DNA of 64,000 nt from Heteronotia binoei. Its lineage: Eukaryota. The notes beneath the pieces are model-generated. The model was not told where the DNA came from and did not search any database. It saw only the letters and a program-made list of their open reading frames with translations. Made by a program: the position numbers and the translations under genes. The stretch spans positions 96,348,001-96,412,000 of the forward strand of contig NC_083224.1 of NCBI RefSeq assembly GCF_032191835.1, written 5' to 3'. Shown one piece after another: positions 58,265 through 64,000 of this stretch. Positions within the stretch are counted from its first letter, which is position 1. Every line of letters starts with the position of its first letter.

Positions 58265-60050
58265 ATTTAATTTAATTTAATTTTTAGATTTATATCCCGC
58301 CCTATCTCGCAAGCGGGCTCAGGGCAGTTTACAACTATAAAACAACAGAGTTAAAATAATATCATAAAAACAAACATTACAAAACAGGAGCACTACAGTA
58401 AACAATCTTACAGACATAGGCGGTAAGCAGCATGTGGCTGATGGCTAACAGCATAGCATAACACCATAATGATGAAATGCTGGGGGAAGTGATGACTTTC
58501 AAGGACACCCACTGGATTAATTAAAAGCCCAGTGGAAGAGCTCCATCTTACAGGCCCTGCGAAACCTTTATAAGTCTCGCAGGGCCCAGATCTCCAGCTC
58601 ATTCCACCAGGTAGGGGCCCAGACCAAAAAGGCCCTGGCCCTCATTGAAGCCAGCCGGGTGTCCTTAGCACCAGGGACTATGAGGAGACATTGAGCAGCA
58701 GACCTCAGAGTCTGGGGGGGTTCATATGGGGAGAGGCAGTCCCAAAAATATGCAGGCCCCTGGCCGTAGAGGGCCTTAAAGGAATCTGGTACTCGAGAGG
58801 TAAAGGGCCTTAAAGGTGCAGATCTGGTACTCGAGAGGTATCCAGTGCAGTTCACGCAGCACCAGATGCATCCGCACCTGCGTAGGCCTCAATGCCAACA
58901 ACTGGGCTGCTGCGTTCTGCACCCGCTGGAATTTCCAGAGCAGGGTCAAGGGAAACCCCACGTAGTCTAATCTGGAGGTGACTGTTGCATGAATCACTGT
59001 GGCTAGATCATGGGAGGTAAGGTAGGAGACCAACTGCCGGGTCTGCCTCAGATGGAAAAAGGCAGTCTTTGCAGTGGCAGTGACCTGTGCCTCCATAGAT
59101 AAAGAAGAATCCAGGAACACCCCCAGGCTCTTCACCTCTGTCGATGGCATCAATTGGGTGCCATCGAAGGATGGGACCCTGATCACACTCCCCACCCCCT
59201 TCTGACCTAGACACAGGACTTCCGCCTTTGATGGATTCAGTTTCAGCTGGCTCTGACACAACCAACCAGCCAGCCATGGCCTGCAATACCTCACCCAGTT
59301 CTTCAGGGGCAGAGTCTGGGCAGCCGTCCATAAGCAGATAGAACTGGGTATCATCAGCATATTGGCAACAACCCAGCCCATATCTTCAGGGGGCACATAT
59401 AGATATTAAAGAACAGCGGGAAAAGGATTGCCCCCTGCGGCACTCCACATCCTAGTGGGTGCTGCTGGGACAATTCCCCCCCAAGAACCACCCTCTGTCC
59501 CTGACCATGGAGAAAGCAGGTCAGCCACTGTAAGCCTAATCCCCAAATCCCTGTGTTGGCAAGGCGTTGGGCCAACACCTCATGGTCGACCGTATTGAAT
59601 GCTGCTGACAGATCTAACAGTATCAGCAGCGCCGAACTGCCATGATCCAGATGCTTCCAGAGGTAATTTACTAAGGCAACCAGCACCGTCTCTGTCCCAT
59701 GAGCGAGGCGAAAGCCAGATTGAAAGGGGTCCAGGCCATCAGTTTCCTCCAAGAAAGCCTGGAGCTGCATTGCTACCGCCTTCTCCACTACCTTGCCCAG
59801 GAATGGTAAATTTGATACCGGGAAGTAGTTAGTAAGGACCGCAGGGTCCAAAGATGGCTTCTTTAAGAGCAGTACTACCACAGCCTCTTTATTCCTCCAG
59901 GAAGATCCCAAAATCCAGCAACAGATCAATAATGTCTACCAGGGACCTCATATTCCTTCACCACTGGCTTTTACTACCCACGAGGGAGACAGATCTAAGA
60001 GGCATGTGGTTGGCTTAACAGTGCCCAGAATCCTGTCAAGATTGGCATGG
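58265..60050 (-). mobile_element. L2 LINE, ~1.8-kb 3' part with broken RT ORF
   Basis: LLKKPSLDP...PVSNLPFLGK...QSGFR...LLDLSAAFNTV...GVPQG; QYADDTQ; QNAAA...LHW. Confidence 0.92.
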
Positions 60051-60284
60051 GAAAGTTGGCTGAAGTTGTAAAATATTGGATCCAAAGGGGATCTTCAGTT
60101 CACATACTGTATCAATGTTGGCCAGGAGATCATGGCAGAGTGGCAAGACTTTATCTGCAAAAAAGGTTGCAAAAGCCTCACAGCCGATGGCTACTAACTT
60201 TTTCTGTTCTCTCAGTGAGAGAAATTAAAGATCTAATTACCCTAAAAATAATTGTGCTGGGTGGGTGAGGGCTAGCAGATGTGA

Positions 60285-60560
60285 TGGAGGCTGTGTAAAA
60301 TTCATGACGTTTTTATGAACTAGAGCCCACTTCTTCAGATATAAGAAGTGTATCATATATATAAAATTACAAAATTAAACACATGGTTACAAAGAAATAT
60401 TGACAGGCACAGACTGAGCAAATTGAGTAGATATAATGGGAATCACCGGGGGCTGATACAAAGGAAACAGAAGAGTTTCTAGAATTTTGAACCAATAGGC
60501 CAGTTTCGGCAGGATCAGCTTAGATGGAAAGAAGTGAGGAAAGCTGCCCCTGCTTCCTTT
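60285..60560 (-). mobile_element. Penelope-like terminal fragment
   Basis: GCCCACTTCTTCAGATA motif followed by PLE-like sequence. Confidence 0.5.
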
Positions 60561-60819
60561 AATTATAGAGTTTTATATATCTAGAAAAGCTATATAAATG
60601 CAGAAGTCTATAAAGTAATTAATACTGTGAAGAAAATTAAGACTAAGAATATTTTTTCTGTCTCACTGCTACAGGTCATCCATAGTGAAACTTTAAACCA
60701 CCTAAGGGTGGGGGCTAAACCAATCTGAGGCAAGGCTGGGATGGATTAACCTACCTCTGCTACTGACAGGCAAGAAACCTGGTTTGGCAAGCCATATGTT
60801 ACACTTTCCCTCATAAATC

Positions 60820-60904
60820 CCTTCCTTCCTTCCTTCCTTCCTTCCTTCCTTCCTTCCTTCCTTCCTTCCTTCCTTCCTTCCTTCCTTCCTTCCTTCCTTC
60901 CTTC
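60820..60904. repeat. (TTCC)n microsatellite
   Basis: Direct reading. Confidence 0.97.
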
Positions 60905-61019
60905 CCCCACCCTCCCTGCTGAAGCAGGCTCTTAGTTATCTTCATGCTAACAGGGAAATGGCATCCTAGACAACAGAAACACTGGAATGAGCAGTCCTGC
61001 AGTTGAGGGGGGTTGCTGA

Positions 61020-61200
61020 CAATTAGCAGCCAACTTATGGCACCCCATAGGGTTCTCAAAGCAAGAGATGTTCAGAGGAAGTTTGCTGTTGCCTGCGTCT
61101 GTAGAACAACCCTGGACTTCCTCGGTGGTTTCTCTACTAACCAGGGCTGACCCTGCTTAGCTTCTGAAATGTGACAAGTCTGGGCTATGCCACACTATCC
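61020..61200 (-). mobile_element. 5S rRNA-derived SINE
   Basis: CTAACCAGGGCTGACCCTGCTTAGCTTCTGA plus BovB-like tail. Confidence 0.7.
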
Positions 61201-64000
61201 AGGACAGTGTCTTTGCAAAAGGAAGGAGGAACTCTGTCAAACAAGCACTTACTAGAGTACTGCACAAACCATCTTGTGACTCATATGCAATGCAGGCAAG
61301 CCACAGGCCAGCATATTTTGTATCTCTCTACAATGCTAGTATAGAGGCATAAGAAGTCTTGGGACTGGTTACCAGGCCAAGTGAGAAGGCCCATTCATTT
61401 GTTTGTAAGTAGCTGCAAAGATCTTCTCCTAATGTGAGATGGACCACCACCTGAAAAACTACCAAAGATTCAGCATTTCTTCAGAAACTGATAGCTAGAA
61501 AGTCATTTTCTTTCTAATTAAAATCAGGTACTGATGGATTTGAGGAATCTCCCAGAAAAAAGAAACACACTAAGGTTCTACATTATGCAGTGCTATCATG
61601 GTCATGTACAACACAATGTAATTGCAGTCCTCTCTATCAGTGGATCTAACTTCTTTTTGGTTGCAAAGAATGGAAGTTCAACAGCAGAGAAGCCAGGAGA
61701 GAACATGCACAGTAGAAAATACCTGTAGGAATAAGAATACTACATCAGCTGAAGCCACAAAGCTGTTATGAACGGCTGACACAAAGGCCAGGTCTGCTAG
61801 CTCCCAACACTTCCTGTAAAACAAGATGTCAGCCCTCCTGACAGACAGGCCCCTGACTGCTGATACAAATATGAAGTGCATGAACACCCCAGCATGTGTA
61901 CAAACAGGCAGATCTGTTCCTTACTATCAGTGTATGGCAACATCTCTCCAAAAACAAGCCCTACAGAAGGAAAAGATTTGTAAGGAGAAGAAACTCCACC
62001 CTGGAAAGATTCCTAGGGGGCAGGCGTTTGGACAGCTTGGTGGAAGTTAATTAGAATCTTGTCACTAAGTGAATGCGCCCTGCCTGGACTCTGACAGATG
62101 CTCCCCTCTGACACAGGGGGCCAGGAGACAATCCACATCAAGCAACTGCAAGATGACCCTTTTAACACAAAGAGTAAACTCACTGCACAGCAAGTTGAAG
62201 CTCATTAAAACTGTCTACTCTGTGAGTATCCCATTAACCTCCCTGTTAAAAACACACAATCCCTCTTCTTCCTGTGCAGGCCTAATTAATGCTCAGGATC
62301 AGAAACAATATAACACCCTAACCTTCCTAGATTGCCAATCAGTAAATGAAAAGAGAGAGGGGGAAGCCAAAAAGATACAGATGCATCACCTGCACCTCTC
62401 ACCATATTGGTGGCTGACCCTTTCAAATAGGTAGGCTTTCCCATGAGGCTAGTGTGAGCTAAGGGGAAGGTTGCCTCTGCATAGCTGGGAAGCACAATCA
62501 GGCTGCCATCTGTACTACATGCTTTGGTTGGTCAGCTTTATAAAGCATCCCTACTTTGTCTCTGTGCTTCCACTTCATCCTGGGAGTGGCATGTGAGTTT
62601 TGTGCACATGTTTCCCAAGCAATGCTGGACAATATTTTGACAGCTCCTCCAGTGACTCTCCCACAATGATCTCAAAGTCAGTGCATGGGTGCTAGCTGCA
62701 ATGAAGATCTCAGCAGATCACACGCACATAGATGTTACAATGGAATAAGTGGGGGAAGGAGGGAGTGGGCAGTAGACTAATTTAAATACTAAGCAGTATC
62801 CCAAACAAACAAACAAAAAATCCTATATGACTGGTCCAAGTAAGCTTCAAGGCTAGTGAGGACTTGAACCCAGGTAACCTTTATCCTGGTTTAACACGCT
62901 AACCATTACACCACACTGACTCCTTATCCACTCTGATTACTAACAGCTATTGATATCTGTATCCTTCATTTTTTTTCTTTATCCTTGCGTCTGAGCCCCA
63001 CTCATACATATCAAGGCTATGAATTTCACAGACAAGGCTGCACACAGAGCTTTAGGCTCAATTGCTGATTAATCCCATCAAGCACAGTAAGAAGTGGCAA
63101 GACTGAACAGCCGCCAAATAAATATTTTTAAACATATATAAATGCTGTGAGATAATGGAGGGGGAGGGTTGCTGTCTGAAGTACAGGTAGCTGTTAGGAA
63201 GATTTTTTTGCGCTCCCAGAACAGAAAGACAGCAGGGATTTCAATATTTCTTGCTTCATCAAGGGACACCTGAGTCATAATTGAGCTCCAGGGTCTTCCT
63301 CCCCATCTGATCTGCATAACTGCTTTTTCTAACTAAGTCTGCATTGGGCACACTGACTGGCCACACCCAAAAGACTCCCTCAGAGGCCACAGCTATCAAC
63401 ACATGGCTCTATCATCCCAGAATAAGGGCAGATTGAACCACCCCTCAAGAGTCCCTGGTCTGACAAGATGGTTGCTAAAGCTATCAGACTTGCCACTCAG
63501 TCTTTCTTTTCCATTTCTGCATCCAAAAAGTATTCAGAATTCCCAGACCCCGCCCCCCTCCACACTTACTTTTAAACTGGGCCAAAATTACACAGCATTG
63601 TCTCATATCACACTTGCTAAATGCAAGATTTGTAATCTCATATAGCACTGATATTTTTATACACAGGTATGCAACAGCTCCTAAAGAGGGCAATTTAAAA
63701 AAAGGATTCCAGGTTAAATGAGGAAATAATTATTTTAAAGAAACCAACAAATCTAAGGTAAACATAAAACCAAATTATTACATTTTAAATAAAAAGTCCT
63801 TAAAAATACTCCCCAAAGGAAAATCTAAAACAATTCCAGACCATCAATAGTTAACTCGCTATATTAAAATGTTCCACACATTGTTAACTAAAATACACAG
63901 TAACAATAGCCCCTTTCCAATGAAACAGTTTATGTCTTCAGTGTATGCCCTAGGAATTAGGCCTGTGCTTCATAAACCTTCACTAGGGGCACTGCACTAT

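Noticed and set aside
1-64000. CRISPR arrays or bacterial defence systems
   Set aside because: No regularly spaced repeat-spacer array; the window is vertebrate DNA

Overview
Repeat-rich vertebrate DNA from a squamate reptile, probably a gecko-like lizard (inferred from Sauria, Squam3-like and 5S-derived SINE families). No host protein-coding exon can be supported, so the window looks intronic or intergenic. The dominant feature is a young, CpG-rich, near-intact 5.98-kb DIRS1-type tyrosine-recombinase retrotransposon on the minus strand (35768-41750). It has ITRs, an internal complementary region (ICR), gag, RT/RNaseH/MTase and YR, with two inferred single-base insertions. A second, older DIRS of another subfamily (47421-50384) has lost about 3 kb at a SINE-head junction. 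Also present are two solo LTRs with perfect 5-bp TSDs (1415 bp and 565 bp) and a hAT element with an 8-bp TSD that contains a 540-bp palindrome and one of the LTRs. There is a triple-nested SINE/SINE/L2 insertion, many L2, CR1, RTE-X, Penelope and MITE fragments, and two sized N gaps. Non-repeat signals include a 59-bp homeodomain/TALE-site module present twice 7.8 kb apart and two duplicated micro-exon-like units. All family names come from motif recognition by eye, not database searches.
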